Source: a virus (lineage: Duplodnaviria > Heunggongvirae > Uroviricota > Caudoviricetes). From it: 64,000 nt of DNA. The stretch is taken from IMG/VR virus record IMGVR_UViG_2703718815_000003; one strand, written 5' to 3'. The notes beneath the pieces are model-generated. The model was not told where the DNA came from. It worked only from the letters and a program-made list of their open reading frames with translations, and did no database searches. This document shows, piece after piece, positions 39,782-49,434 of this stretch. The first letter of the stretch is position 1. Each line of letters begins with the position of its first letter. The position numbers were made by a program, and so were the translations under genes.

Positions 39782-41890
39782 TCACTTTAAAATGATACGA
39801 GATAGTTCAGTAACTACAGATGAACCAAGACTATCAACGCTCGTTACCAGGGCATGATTTGAGTAAAATCTCTCCGGTGCATCAGTCATGATGCCAATTG
39901 CCATCAAATCAATGTCAGTCTGCGTTTCAATTTGCTTCGCAACTGAACGCAAATGAGCGTCAAAACCTCTCCCAACAGCCCACGGCGCGCCATCACTCAG
40001 AACAAGCATGATCTTCCTGTCCTCCAAGCGACCGGAAAATAACGATGCAAGGCTGGCTATGCTTTCACCATCCACGTTATTAAGAAGTGGGAATGTGTAG
40101 CCTACGCACCCCATACGTGAGCGAACTTCGCGAGAATTTGCTTTTTCATTCCAATTTTTGATGATAGGTAGCATTAAAGATTCAAAGCGAGAGAACTCAT
40201 ATTTGATAGCCTTAAGTTCTCCTGCTGCCATATGACTGCCAAATGTAGTGAAGCCGGTGATAATGTTGGGAACATTTATTCGATCAAGTGCATCGGCGAT
40301 GGTATATGCACTTGCAAGAGCTAGTTTTATCGTTTCGCCACTCATTGAACCCGATAAATCAATCACTTGTTGAACACAGGCGTTAACGGCTTTAGATTCT
40401 TCTTTTTTACGAAACACGCGATCATCATTCATTGTTAATCTGTAGATACTTGAACCATGAATGCGCCCCCGACGCTGGCCAGGTATAAACTGAACTCTGT
40501 TTCTGCTTGCTATTGCACGTTCCAGGTCTTTTGCCAGCGTCGACGAAACACCTGACGAAAGGTGCTTTTCAATATATTTGTCGAAGAGTTGGTTGCCTTC
40601 AGGAACGATGCGATAACGGCTGATTGGATATCCACCTAAATCAATATCGGAGAATGTTTTAATAAGCCGTTTGATATGGGCTTCTGCCTGATCAATCGAG
40701 CCGATGAAGTCGTATGAGCGATTGTATGGCCTGTATTCGCTTTTCGAGCTTTCTGTTAACTCGCTTTTAATCGTTTCGGATAGCGCATCTTCTGTCATGC
40801 CTCCGACTTCATCTTCCATGCTATCCAACTCCTCTAAAGCCTCTTCCAGACTCATTTTTGACGGAGTTGGAATGTCTGAAGAGCCGTCTTCTGTCGTTTT
40901 TCTTTTTTCGTGGTCAGCGGTTAATGATTCTGACGCCGCGTTATCAGAAGCATCAGAATCTGATACCGCTTTATCATTTTCTGTATCATCGAATATTGTT
41001 TCTGATGATTCAGGATTATCTGAATCATCACTGTCGTTATTATCATTTTTGTGCTTACTATGTGACTCTGATTTAATAGATTTGTGATTATCTAACGATG
41101 AGGGTGTCTCATGATCTTCGTTGTCTTCATTGTTTTCTCCAGAGGCATCCGTCTGGTCAGCGTCTGAAGGATCGGAAGTTTTTCCCGGAGCTGACTCCTT
41201 ACCTTTGCTTTCACTTTCAGTGTCTTTGAGGATCTTAGCTATGGTCGCAGCCACCTTTACACAATCCTCGGTGCAAGACATGTTACGCACGGCCACATCG
41301 ATACCATGTTCTTTTAATAATGAAATTGGTTTCTCAATGACAGGCCAATATTCATCCATGAAATCTACGAACGGTGCTTGGCCATCCCAGGCTCTTACAA
41401 CCGGACAGAGAAAGAAGTTTAGAACAAGCGCGCGCTGATCTTTGCCACAATAAGCAATAGCCTCTGAAGCCTTTGGTTTAAAGACTTTTTCGATTATAAG
41501 GCGCTGAGTTGCCATCAGATTACGTCCTGTTCCGTTAAAGACCTGACCCATTTTTCGCTCGATGAACACGTCTTCTAAGGCATTCCATAGCGACCAGGAA
41601 GGAACGCGTCCTTTTTCTCTCATTTTGTTGGACACACGAATATCGGTAAACAAAATGTGAGCAACCTCATGATCGAGAAATCCGCGCACAGCATTCATCA
41701 ATGCCGGTGTTGCGTTATCCGGGATTGATGGGATGTTTACGAGAATTGGCTCTCCATCATCGTTATAGCGTACATAAGCGTCGTCCCCTCGTTCTGCAAC
41801 AGGGATGTTTTTACCTGAAAGGAGAGCGACTACTCGTTTTACACTGTCACGGAAGTCCTGAACCTCTTTGATGGAACGTTTTTTAGACAT
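39782..41890 (-). CDS. von Willebrand factor A domain protein, CobT-like
   Basis: central acidic low-complexity region; C-terminal vWA with MIDAS motif DLSGSMSGE. Confidence 0.65.
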   Translation of the reverse strand: MSKKRSIKEVQDFRDSVKRVVALLSGKNIPVAERGDDAYVRYNDDGEPILVNIPSIPDNATPALMNAVRGFLDHEVAHILFTDIRVSNKMREKGRVPSWSLWNALEDVFIERKMGQVFNGTGRNLMATQRLIIEKVFKPKASEAIAYCGKDQRALVLNFFLCPVVRAWDGQAPFVDFMDEYWPVIEKPISLLKEHGIDVAVRNMSCTEDCVKVAATIAKILKDTESESKGKESAPGKTSDPSDADQTDASGENNEDNEDHETPSSLDNHKSIKSESHSKHKNDNNDSDDSDNPESSETIFDDTENDKAVSDSDASDNAASESLTADHEKRKTTEDGSSDIPTPSKMSLEEALEELDSMEDEVGGMTEDALSETIKSELTESSKSEYRPYNRSYDFIGSIDQAEAHIKRLIKTFSDIDLGGYPISRYRIVPEGNQLFDKYIEKHLSSGVSSTLAKDLERAIASRNRVQFIPGQRRGRIHGSSIYRLTMNDDRVFRKKEESKAVNACVQQVIDLSGSMSGETIKLALASAYTIADALDRINVPNIITGFTTFGSHMAAGELKAIKYEFSRFESLMLPIIKNWNEKANSREVRSRMGCVGYTFPLLNNVDGESIASLASLFSGRLEDRKIMLVLSDGAPWAVGRGFDAHLRSVAKQIETQTDIDLMAIGIMTDAPERFYSNHALVTSVDSLGSSVVTELSRIILK

Positions 41891-41988
41891 GGCTAATCCT
41901 TTGTTATGAAAACAAATTATTTACTAGTGTGTTTAATGTAGCACTGCGCGAACAGGGAACTAAGCCATTCGCGCAGGGAGAAGAGGGG

Positions 41989-42201
41989 TTAACAGATTCT
42001 GACGGCTAAAGACCCGGAGCCGGTATTGAGAAGCGTGAAGCGTTTGTTGTTAAGTTCGAATATAAATCCAGTTGTGTCATTCACACCAACCTGAATCTGC
42101 TCATTCGGTAGATCGGTGAGGATGTCAGCTACACACTCATCAGCTAATTTCTGTACGTGTCCGATCTCAAGAGCGATTAGGCTGGAAATAGTGGTGTTCA
42201 T
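41989..42201 (-). CDS. hypothetical protein
   Basis: 70-aa ORF. Confidence 0.3.
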   Translation of the reverse strand: MNTTISSLIALEIGHVQKLADECVADILTDLPNEQIQVGVNDTTGFIFELNNKRFTLLNTGSGSLAVRIC

Positions 42202-42377
42202 TCAATCAATCCATTCTAACTTATACTATGGTAAGGAATACTACTAAAATTTGTATCAATACTGAATACATTCATATCATATGCAAGTTGATTTTCTTAC
42301 CTGTTTTGGGCTAATTTTTCTCCGTGCAATGGCCTTTAAACGGTCTTTTAAGTGCCTATCGAAAAAATGATAATAGC

Positions 42378-42405
42378 TTTACAACCCTAACCTTTGATGT
42401 AATAT
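42378..42405 (+). promoter_or_regulatory. candidate sigma70 promoter for the XRE regulator gene
   Basis: TTTACA - 16 nt - TAATAT, followed by palindrome GGTAAGCACTTACC before the start codon. Confidence 0.4.
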
Positions 42406-42451
42406 CGGTAAGCACTTACCAGAGAGAATTGAACGCGCAAAGGTTGTAACC

Positions 42452-42838
42452 ATGTCTGATAACAAGATTGAATTTATAGAAAGTCGCTACGCTGCTTTTA
42501 TCGCAGGGTTGATTGAATCCTCACCTATGAGCCAGGCCCAGATAGCCAAAACAATTGGGTATAAAAACGCCAACAACCTTTCTTTAATTAAAAGCGGCAA
42601 AATTCCTTTGCCTATCGATAAGGTTCGTCCGCTGGCGCTGGCACTGGGCATTGAGCCAAGTCGTCTTATGATGATGGTGCTGGAAGAACGCCAACCCGAA
42701 CTCGCAGCATTTTTATACAAAGAAGGCACTGCTCCTCTTAACGAGGACGAAAAACAGGTTCTTGCTGCATATAACGAGCGATTCGGTAAAGAGAAAGGCG
42801 CATCACAAAAGGTTGTTGAGGCCATAAAGTCTCTATGA
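42452..42838 (+). CDS. XRE-family helix-turn-helix transcriptional regulator
   Basis: HTH SQAQIAKTIGYKNANNLSLIKSGK; plus-strand gene convergent with recombinase. Confidence 0.65.
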   Translation: MSDNKIEFIESRYAAFIAGLIESSPMSQAQIAKTIGYKNANNLSLIKSGKIPLPIDKVRPLALALGIEPSRLMMMVLEERQPELAAFLYKEGTAPLNEDEKQVLAAYNERFGKEKGASQKVVEAIKSL

Positions 42839-43936
42839 AAAATTTACACGAATAAGCTCTGTTGATAGACGATCTCCCTTAAATTTGTGGTCAATTTCGT
42901 CTAAATCCGGTTGCTCTACGATTGATGCGATGTACGTCGAGAAACTTTCTAAGGCGTCTCGCATCTCGTCCATATAATCGTGACGGTCGTAGACCCGATC
43001 TATCCCCTCAAGACTGTGGTTCATGATTTTACGTGATACCTCCTGGCTTATGCCTAATGCTGGGAAGTAACTACGCGCAGTACGGCGCAAATCTCGGGGT
43101 GTAAATGGCTCAAGCTCCATCAGTTCTGGTCGTTCCAGAATACGACGTAATGCCTGGGCTATTGCCACTTTAGACATAGGAAGGTCTTTCCCGATTTTTT
43201 TATTCGAAGGCACGAGCCACTGGCTGTCTTTACCATATTCGAACAACTCTTCAATACAAGTGCGCATTAATGAGCTTAAAGGCAGAGAATGCTCACGGGC
43301 AGATTTGTTCCTCTTGCCTTGATTCCAAACCCCACGCTTAAGATTGAACTCACTTTTTTTAGCCCGCAGTACTTCGTCAGGTCGTCTTGCTGATACAAGA
43401 CACAGTCTGGCCGCCCATTTTGTACCAGCGCACACATTGAAGTAGTCCCATATATTCCAGAACACCCATACCTCTGCGTCAGTCAGCTTCCGCTCGCGGG
43501 GCGTGGGCTTTGCGCCACCGGCAACTTTGTTAAGTGACATATCGTTTAACGGTGACACGTCTATCATCCCCTGGAAGGCGCACCAGCTAAGGAACTGCTT
43601 CATCAGAGAGAAAACGCGGCGGCCCATAACAATTTTGCCATCCAGTATTAGTGGGTTGACCAGTTGGTTCACCATGAACCTATTAATATCACTTACTTTT
43701 ACATCGGCAATGTGCGGCAAAACATGTATCAAAATACAATGAACAGCGATCTCTGGCCGACGTCTGGTTATCAGCAGAGATAAGCGAGTGAATAACATGA
43801 ATGCGTCCGAGAATCTCATGTCATTGCTAACCTGGGAGATCATAACGGCCTGCATTTGAGATGCTCTTTCGAGATACTCAATCGCCTCTTTTGAGGTGTT
43901 CTCCGCAGCGCGTGCTCTGTCAAAGCTATTTTTCAT
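42833..43936 (-). CDS. tyrosine recombinase / integrase
   Basis: C-terminal catalytic region with ...RRPDEV..., TPRDLRRTARSY and HSLEGIDRVYDRHDY (R-K-H-R-H-Y-type arrangement). Confidence 0.75.
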   Translation of the reverse strand: MKNSFDRARAAENTSKEAIEYLERASQMQAVMISQVSNDMRFSDAFMLFTRLSLLITRRRPEIAVHCILIHVLPHIADVKVSDINRFMVNQLVNPLILDGKIVMGRRVFSLMKQFLSWCAFQGMIDVSPLNDMSLNKVAGGAKPTPRERKLTDAEVWVFWNIWDYFNVCAGTKWAARLCLVSARRPDEVLRAKKSEFNLKRGVWNQGKRNKSAREHSLPLSSLMRTCIEELFEYGKDSQWLVPSNKKIGKDLPMSKVAIAQALRRILERPELMELEPFTPRDLRRTARSYFPALGISQEVSRKIMNHSLEGIDRVYDRHDYMDEMRDALESFSTYIASIVEQPDLDEIDHKFKGDRLSTELIRVNFS

Positions 43937-44032
43937 ATGACAATCACCGAGTTACGCCGATGTACTGTATAAGTAAACAGTATATTAGGCATAGATTCTT
44001 ATAGGATCAAGAGTAAAAGTAACTCATTTTTA

Positions 44033-44071
44033 CTAATGATTCCATACATAGTAGGTATGGAATCATTTAGA
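44033..44071. promoter_or_regulatory. palindromic operator-like site upstream of recombinase gene
   Basis: AATGATTCCATAC-ATAGTAG-GTATGGAATCATT perfect 13-bp inverted repeat. Confidence 0.5.
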
Positions 44072-44148
44072 CGTCGTTTTTTAAATTTTAAGGTAAACAG
44101 GAGTGAGTTTGGTGGGGAATAAAAAACGGCTCCTGTGAGCCGTTAAAA

Positions 44149-44397
44149 TCAGAGGGTGCTGACGTATGCAGCCAGTTCTGTGTATCCGCCAATCGGCTGG
44201 CCATCGATCAGCACCTGGGGGATAGTCTCTACCGGTTTATCAACAATTTCACTTAGTTTTTCCTTGTCGATACCGGCAGTGGTGATGTCGATGTACTCAT
44301 AATCACCGTAGCCATGTCCCTTTAGTTGCTTCGCCAGCTCAACCGCACGTTTGCAGTATGAGCAGTTATCTCGTCCGTAGATAACGACTTTCATCAC
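44149..44397 (-). CDS. glutaredoxin
   Basis: 82 aa; CSYC active site, TIPQVLIDGQPIGGYTEL glutathione-site motif. Confidence 0.8.
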   Translation of the reverse strand: MMKVVIYGRDNCSYCKRAVELAKQLKGHGYGDYEYIDITTAGIDKEKLSEIVDKPVETIPQVLIDGQPIGGYTELAAYVSTL

Positions 44398-44668
44398 TTC
44401 ACCTCGTGCAACTGCTGTTCATTAACGATGATTGTGTCAATTTCGTAGCCGTGGATGCGTGGCTTTGGCTTCACTGCCTGACGAGCTGCGCGACGCGCCT
44501 GTTTACGTTTGTTTCCCATATAGAGTCCTTTCAAGTGAGTAAGTGTCGTGACTATAGCTAAAATGAATAGGTGAGTCATTACCTATTTAATGTGTTTGGT
44601 TACTAAGCAGAAATGGCTTTGTGAGGTTGACACATTAGAAACGGCAAGACAGCTTTAAACTAGCTGAA

Positions 44669-45790
44669 ATGGTATGGTCGATTAGGTATCATTCAGTTTC
44701 AAAATTAACCAAAGACACTGATAAAATGCCTGTTTTGTTAATCCTCATACTTGGGACAGTGATGATTATTTTCTGGGATACCGTCAAGGAAAACGTAGAG
44801 GTCATAGGTACACTTGCCACTTCACTTGCATTTTTCGCCACAGCATGGGCCGCTTACGAGGCAAGGCATAGTGCAAAGGCAGCAATGAGGGCCACTAGGC
44901 TGACGGCAGCTTCACTCCTTGAAATGAAAAAAGCCTCTTTTAAGGAATGGTACGGCATATTACTTGAACAGCATAATAGATTACTTGAGGATGTTAACAA
45001 GACCTTGCAGGATGATAGGGAACTTAATGCAAAACTGGGAACGAATCTCATCAAGGCTATTTATTACCATGTAACCAAAAACTCCGTTTACATTAAATAT
45101 ATTAACCACATAGTTTTAATTCTTGATTATTTAGATAAAGACTTCTATTCGCCGTCATCAGCCGATTATGAAAAGAGAGCTTACATAGAACAGCTGCGCA
45201 ACAGCATTAGTCCTAATGTAAGCCTGCTGATAGCTACATTCGGCCTTAATATTGACACTAATAAAACCTATGACGCAAAGAGGCTTTACAGCCTGCTAAG
45301 CAAGTATAACTTCTTCGAAGGCCAACTTTTTTTTGAAGAAGCAATATCGAAAGTTCATTATTTGGACTCTTATGCTGCTGTGATATTTGATAACGAATAC
45401 CGAAAAGATGTAGAGTTTTATGTTGAAGAAATGGTTCGAGGTCGTGAGACCCCTAAAATCGATTCAAGATATCGTCATTTAAGGGCTACGTTCGCAATTC
45501 TGTGGTCTTACAACAACCCCTGCCGACAACATTTGCTTCAAAGATTTAATGACCTACCTATGCATATGCGAAACAGCATTGAGCTGAGGATGGAAAATGC
45601 AGCCGATAAAGTAGCTGAGTTCAACTCTTTGTTACTTGGTTTTATAGGCTGGGAGCTTAGAATCGCAGGTAATAAAGTGAGGGTGATCAAGGATGAAAAA
45701 CATTTAAAGAGGCTAATAAAACTCAACGATAAGTATCCTATTCCCCCCCCGAGAGAAAGGTATTCTGTTAACCAATGGTTTCACCAATAG
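44669..45790 (+). CDS. membrane-anchored hypothetical protein (plus-strand moron; 3' end may be frameshifted at a C8 tract)
   Basis: 373-aa ORF, N-terminal hydrophobic helices; C8 run at 45743..45750; +1 frame stays open to 45957. Confidence 0.45.
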   Translation: MVWSIRYHSVSKLTKDTDKMPVLLILILGTVMIIFWDTVKENVEVIGTLATSLAFFATAWAAYEARHSAKAAMRATRLTAASLLEMKKASFKEWYGILLEQHNRLLEDVNKTLQDDRELNAKLGTNLIKAIYYHVTKNSVYIKYINHIVLILDYLDKDFYSPSSADYEKRAYIEQLRNSISPNVSLLIATFGLNIDTNKTYDAKRLYSLLSKYNFFEGQLFFEEAISKVHYLDSYAAVIFDNEYRKDVEFYVEEMVRGRETPKIDSRYRHLRATFAILWSYNNPCRQHLLQRFNDLPMHMRNSIELRMENAADKVAEFNSLLLGFIGWELRIAGNKVRVIKDEKHLKRLIKLNDKYPIPPPRERYSVNQWFHQ

Positions 45791-45961
45791 ATTCGCTGAT
45801 GAGATTAAAAATAGTCTGTCTATGTATAAGTTAGAAAATGCCTATTTAGCACTCAACTCTAATCAACACAAAGAAAAGGTGATTGATGAAATTGTTGTTG
45901 AAGTTGAGAAAATTGTCGATAAATTTAAAGCAGAACTTGATTCTTTGGATTTCAACTAAGC

Positions 45962-45990
45962 AAAAAGGGGCCGAAGCCCCTTTAATTATT
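45962..45990. terminator. bidirectional intrinsic terminator
   Basis: aggggc-cgaa-gcccct hairpin with TTAATTATTT on plus strand and TTTTT on minus strand. Confidence 0.65.
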
Positions 45991-46069
45991 TGCGCTGAAA
46001 AAAGTGTTGCTAGGATGTTAGCAAGCTATGGTTAAGAACGTCTGCCGCAATTGTCTATCACAGCGTTGA

Positions 46070-46135
46070 GCGGTCTGGTTTATGTTAGCGGAGTCTTAAT
46101 CTGGGTGATTAAAAGGCCAAACCGCTCAACGCTGT
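46070..46135. repeat. perfect 16-bp inverted repeat (long stem-loop) downstream of tRNA cluster
   Basis: cacagcgttgagcggt ... accgctcaacgctgtg with a ~34-nt loop. Confidence 0.6.
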
Positions 46136-46138
46136 GTC

Positions 46139-46225
46139 TGGCGGAGAGTAATGGAATCGAACCATCATCGCTTGCGCAATGGGACGGTTTTCAAGACCGC
46201 TTGAGCACCATGCTCCCTACTCTCC
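46139..46225 (-). tRNA. tRNA-Ser (anticodon UGA), CCA encoded
   Basis: manual fold: acceptor GGAGAGT/ACTCTCC, anticodon loop CTTGAAA, long variable arm, T-loop TTCGATT. Confidence 0.75.
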
Positions 46226-46438
46226 AGTTGTTGTGGTGCCGGGGGCTTCCCGGTGTCCTTTGGCTGGTTATCCACCGTGGACGGAGCCAATAGTCATCAC
46301 AAAGGATCAATATAACCATTTCCCCGCGTGCGCTTAGCCGCATTCACCACAACGAAAAGAGCACTGTATGACGTTTGCACGGACTTACGCTTAAAACAGG
46401 GCAGTCTCGGCGGTTCTCAATGCTCTTTCCTGTTGTGT

Positions 46439-46514
46439 TGGTGCCGGTTAACGGATTCGAACCGCCGACCATTCGCTTACAAGGCGACTGCTCTACCAAC
46501 TGAGCTAAACCGGC
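46439..46514 (-). tRNA. tRNA-Thr (anticodon UGU), CCA encoded
   Basis: manual fold: acceptor GCCGGTT/AACCGGC, D-arm GCTCAGTTGGTAGAGC, anticodon loop CTTGTAA, T-loop TTCGAAT. Confidence 0.75.
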
Positions 46515-46518
46515 AATT

Positions 46519-46605
46519 TGGTGGGGAGTGATGGAGTCGAACCACCCGAGTCGCAATGACAGTAGATTTACAGTCTACACCGCTACCTCTACGGACTAAC
46601 TCCCC
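46519..46605 (-). tRNA. tRNA-Tyr (anticodon GUA), CCA encoded
   Basis: manual fold: acceptor GGGGAGT/ACTCCCC, anticodon stem GTAGA/TCTAC with loop CTGTAAA, long variable arm. Confidence 0.75.
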
Positions 46606-46610
46606 TAAAT

Positions 46611-46685
46611 TGGCGATGGTGGGTGGATTCGAACCACCGACCAGTTGGTTAACAGCCAACTGCTCTACCGCTGAGCTACACCATC
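46611..46685 (-). tRNA. tRNA-Asn (anticodon GUU), CCA encoded
   Basis: manual fold: acceptor GATGGTG/CACCATC, anticodon stem GTTGG/CCAAC with loop CTGTTAA, T-loop TTCGAAT. Confidence 0.75.
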
Positions 46686-47463
46686 AATTCGGCACTGCCA
46701 GTATTTATTACTCAACAGTGCCAATCGCGACGGTTTAGTTTCTGCCAGGAAACGCACCGCTACTTGCACTTTTCGTTAGTGCCAGACGCTTTCGACTTCG
46801 CTCAATAGTAGAAGGCAAAATCTTTAAGTAGATGATGTTTCTGAGGACAGCACCTACTTTGTAATTTATACAATGTGATGTATGGAATCATTTGTTGTGA
46901 AAACAGGCACCAATGGCAACAGTGGTTAAACCTACACAACAATCCTGTCTTCACAACGTTGAGGCCACTACTCCGATTGAATGTTTGCCCAACATGTTAC
47001 ATATCAACGCTCGCCGGTATCTCTGTGAATAGAACCTTAGAATTGATAAAAATGTAATGGCCTCAACGTTGTGTGCTGGCTAACCATACCAGCCGGGCTA
47101 CGTCGCCGCTTTTTAACCCAGTATAAACGACATAATTGAACAAAATGACGTAACAGGATGGGCGGTCAGAGGCTAAGAATCCGGGAGTCATATGGAGTTG
47201 AAAATATACCGACCGCCCATTCTGTTACTTCATCGGAGGGAACACTCATGTTCCCTCCTGCGTTCTGCAATCACACTCGCTCAGTGTGTCCCATTTCGGT
47301 AACGAGGCTGGAAACTGACCTCGCTGGTGTTTGGCTTATTAGGCTACTGCCAGATAGACTTCTTCGTTTGCACTTGTATTTAAGTTCAAACAGTCGCGTC
47401 TCAACGAAAACAAAGTCATCTTATACATAAAAGATAAGTAAGTAAATACTTATTATTGTGTTT

Positions 47464-47754
47464 TTATTCGGTTGTGACTTTTTTGATCAAGGCCACTCTA
47501 CGACTAGGTGTTCTTGTGATGGTGGCAGTGAATCGTTTCGCTTGGATAGTAATGGTTTCGTTCTCCTTAAGTTGCCCGTAGCGAGTTTCCACCAGGGTGC
47601 CAAGACGCCACAGACCATCATCGATACGTTTATGACTAGCAAATTTAATCAGCAACAGTTTTACGACTAACTGACCTACGTAAAAGGCGAATGCGACTCC
47701 GGCCGCTAAGCAATAGGTGGCCAACCACCAGTCCCAAGAAGTTAAATTGCTCAT
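47464..47754 (-). CDS. small membrane protein
   Basis: 96-aa ORF with N-terminal hydrophobic helix. Confidence 0.35.
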   Translation of the reverse strand: MSNLTSWDWWLATYCLAAGVAFAFYVGQLVVKLLLIKFASHKRIDDGLWRLGTLVETRYGQLKENETITIQAKRFTATITRTPSRRVALIKKVTTE

Positions 47755-47899
47755 TTTCTAACCTTTGTTTCATGAACTACCCGATACACACGCTTTCCGA
47801 TGCACAGTGTTTTGGTTTTAAGTTCCTGCTTAATTAAATCACGACAGATGCCGAAGCCGATAAGGAAGCCACCCATAAAAGCTAATGAGATGTATGGAA

Positions 47900-48115
47900 T
47901 CATTTTAACGCTCCTGATTCTACTAATTGCTGTAGCAATAATTTCCCTTTATCAGTTAACTGGTAGTTGGCCGAGCACCACGTTTCAGAAACGTTTGCAA
48001 CCAACCCTAAACGCTCTAACTTAGCTCGCGTTTTAGGCTTCCAGTACTCAGGGAACTCCGGCCACTTACTGATTTCATGAAGCGTTTCTTTCTCCCTTTT
48101 ACTTAATACGATCAT
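47900..48115 (-). CDS. hypothetical protein
   Basis: 71-aa ORF overlapping ligase gene end by 4 nt. Confidence 0.3.
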   Translation of the reverse strand: MIVLSKREKETLHEISKWPEFPEYWKPKTRAKLERLGLVANVSETWCSANYQLTDKGKLLLQQLVESGALK

Positions 48116-49434
48116 TCTTTATCTCCGATTCGATCTTCGGTATCGCGTAAGCAACGCGGCCATTTCAGTCGTGGGTGGCGTAAGCTGCCATCAGGTGTTT
48201 TCTCGTGACAATGAACCTCGACAATACGACCACGGTACTTCTCTTTGTTGTTCCAGATCTCGTCCAGATATTTATGCTTAATGCCACTCGCACGAACGAT
48301 GACGCCGTTTTCAAGACGAATAACAATTTTTCCAAGCGTGTTGGCAAAACCAGAGTCCGGGTCGCCCGGCTCAAAATCGATAATTTCACCATCTTCTGAA
48401 TCTTCGTCTTTTAACTTCCACCAGCTGCGGGTACGTTTAAACTCGTAAACAGAGTTCGGATCTTTGCCCATCTCCCCTTCTTCGTTATCGTCCAGGCGTT
48501 TCATGAAGCGTTCGATGAAGTCTTCGTGGCTATGGATGATGTAGAACGGATGTAGGTGAATGTCTTGCGCGTAGTCTTCACTGCGATCGTTTTTGAACAA
48601 CGCCACGAGAATAGCCAGGCGCTCTTTCAGCTTCATACCTGTCTTTGCATACTCTTTGGATTTAGCCTGTGCCCGCCATTCCGGTAGGAAGAAGTCGAAA
48701 ACATGATAAATAGCGCCAATTGCCTGCACGTTCTTTTTGCGCAATGCAGATACGGACTGGTTAAATGAACCGGCTGTTCCTTCACCATCGAAGAAGATGT
48801 GTTTGTGGCCTGAAAGTTTGCCTAATTCGAGCATGGCTGGCTTTAGGTGATCGAGAGACGTGATTGGATTACCAGTACGAGAAAGGAAGTTCACCTCTTC
48901 CTCGTCAACAATAACCTCGCAAATTACTCGCAAACCATCGAGCTTAAGGCTGCCAATCATCGGCCATTTTGCTTTAGGATTTGGCTTGAAGGGGTATTTG
49001 TCGCCTTTTTCTTTATACGGTGACGCCAGCTGCACCTCAAATTTCGGAATGGGATTTTCAAAAACCTTGTTGCATAGGCTAATCCCAACACCCGCTTTCG
49101 GGTCTTTTAAGAGGAAACGACGGAACACGTCCTGCCCATCGGCGCACATTGACGCCACGATAGACTCAACAGCAGCTATTGCTGCGTTCCCCGTCAGCTC
49201 GCGAGAGGCCAGCTTATTCAGTATATCAATGGCTTTTTCGTCACTTGGGACGGACTCACTAAGCGGCTCTGCCACTTTGTATTTCTTTACCCCAAAACGG
49301 ATGAAAGGGTTGAGCATCAATGAAACCATGCTTTGCTCGAAGTCATCCATGTTGGCCAATGCCTCTTTTTTTGCATTGGTTCCCATAGCTTTCATTTCGT
49401 CCAGCTTATGCTTAAGTGCGATCAACTTTTTCAT
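48112..49434 (-). CDS. ATP-dependent DNA ligase
   Basis: nucleotidyltransferase motif I KLDGLR, later FFDGEGTAG, EGEMGKD and WWKLK motifs. Confidence 0.7.
   Translation of the reverse strand: MKKLIALKHKLDEMKAMGTNAKKEALANMDDFEQSMVSLMLNPFIRFGVKKYKVAEPLSESVPSDEKAIDILNKLASRELTGNAAIAAVESIVASMCADGQDVFRRFLLKDPKAGVGISLCNKVFENPIPKFEVQLASPYKEKGDKYPFKPNPKAKWPMIGSLKLDGLRVICEVIVDEEEVNFLSRTGNPITSLDHLKPAMLELGKLSGHKHIFFDGEGTAGSFNQSVSALRKKNVQAIGAIYHVFDFFLPEWRAQAKSKEYAKTGMKLKERLAILVALFKNDRSEDYAQDIHLHPFYIIHSHEDFIERFMKRLDDNEEGEMGKDPNSVYEFKRTRSWWKLKDEDSEDGEIIDFEPGDPDSGFANTLGKIVIRLENGVIVRASGIKHKYLDEIWNNKEKYRGRIVEVHCHEKTPDGSLRHPRLKWPRCLRDTEDRIGDKE

Noticed and set aside
46236-46300. Possible fifth tRNA between tRNA-Ser and tRNA-Thr
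   Set aside because: A GGCACCA-like 3' end is present but no canonical T-loop or matching acceptor stem could be folded by hand; left as an unresolved RNA-like segment.
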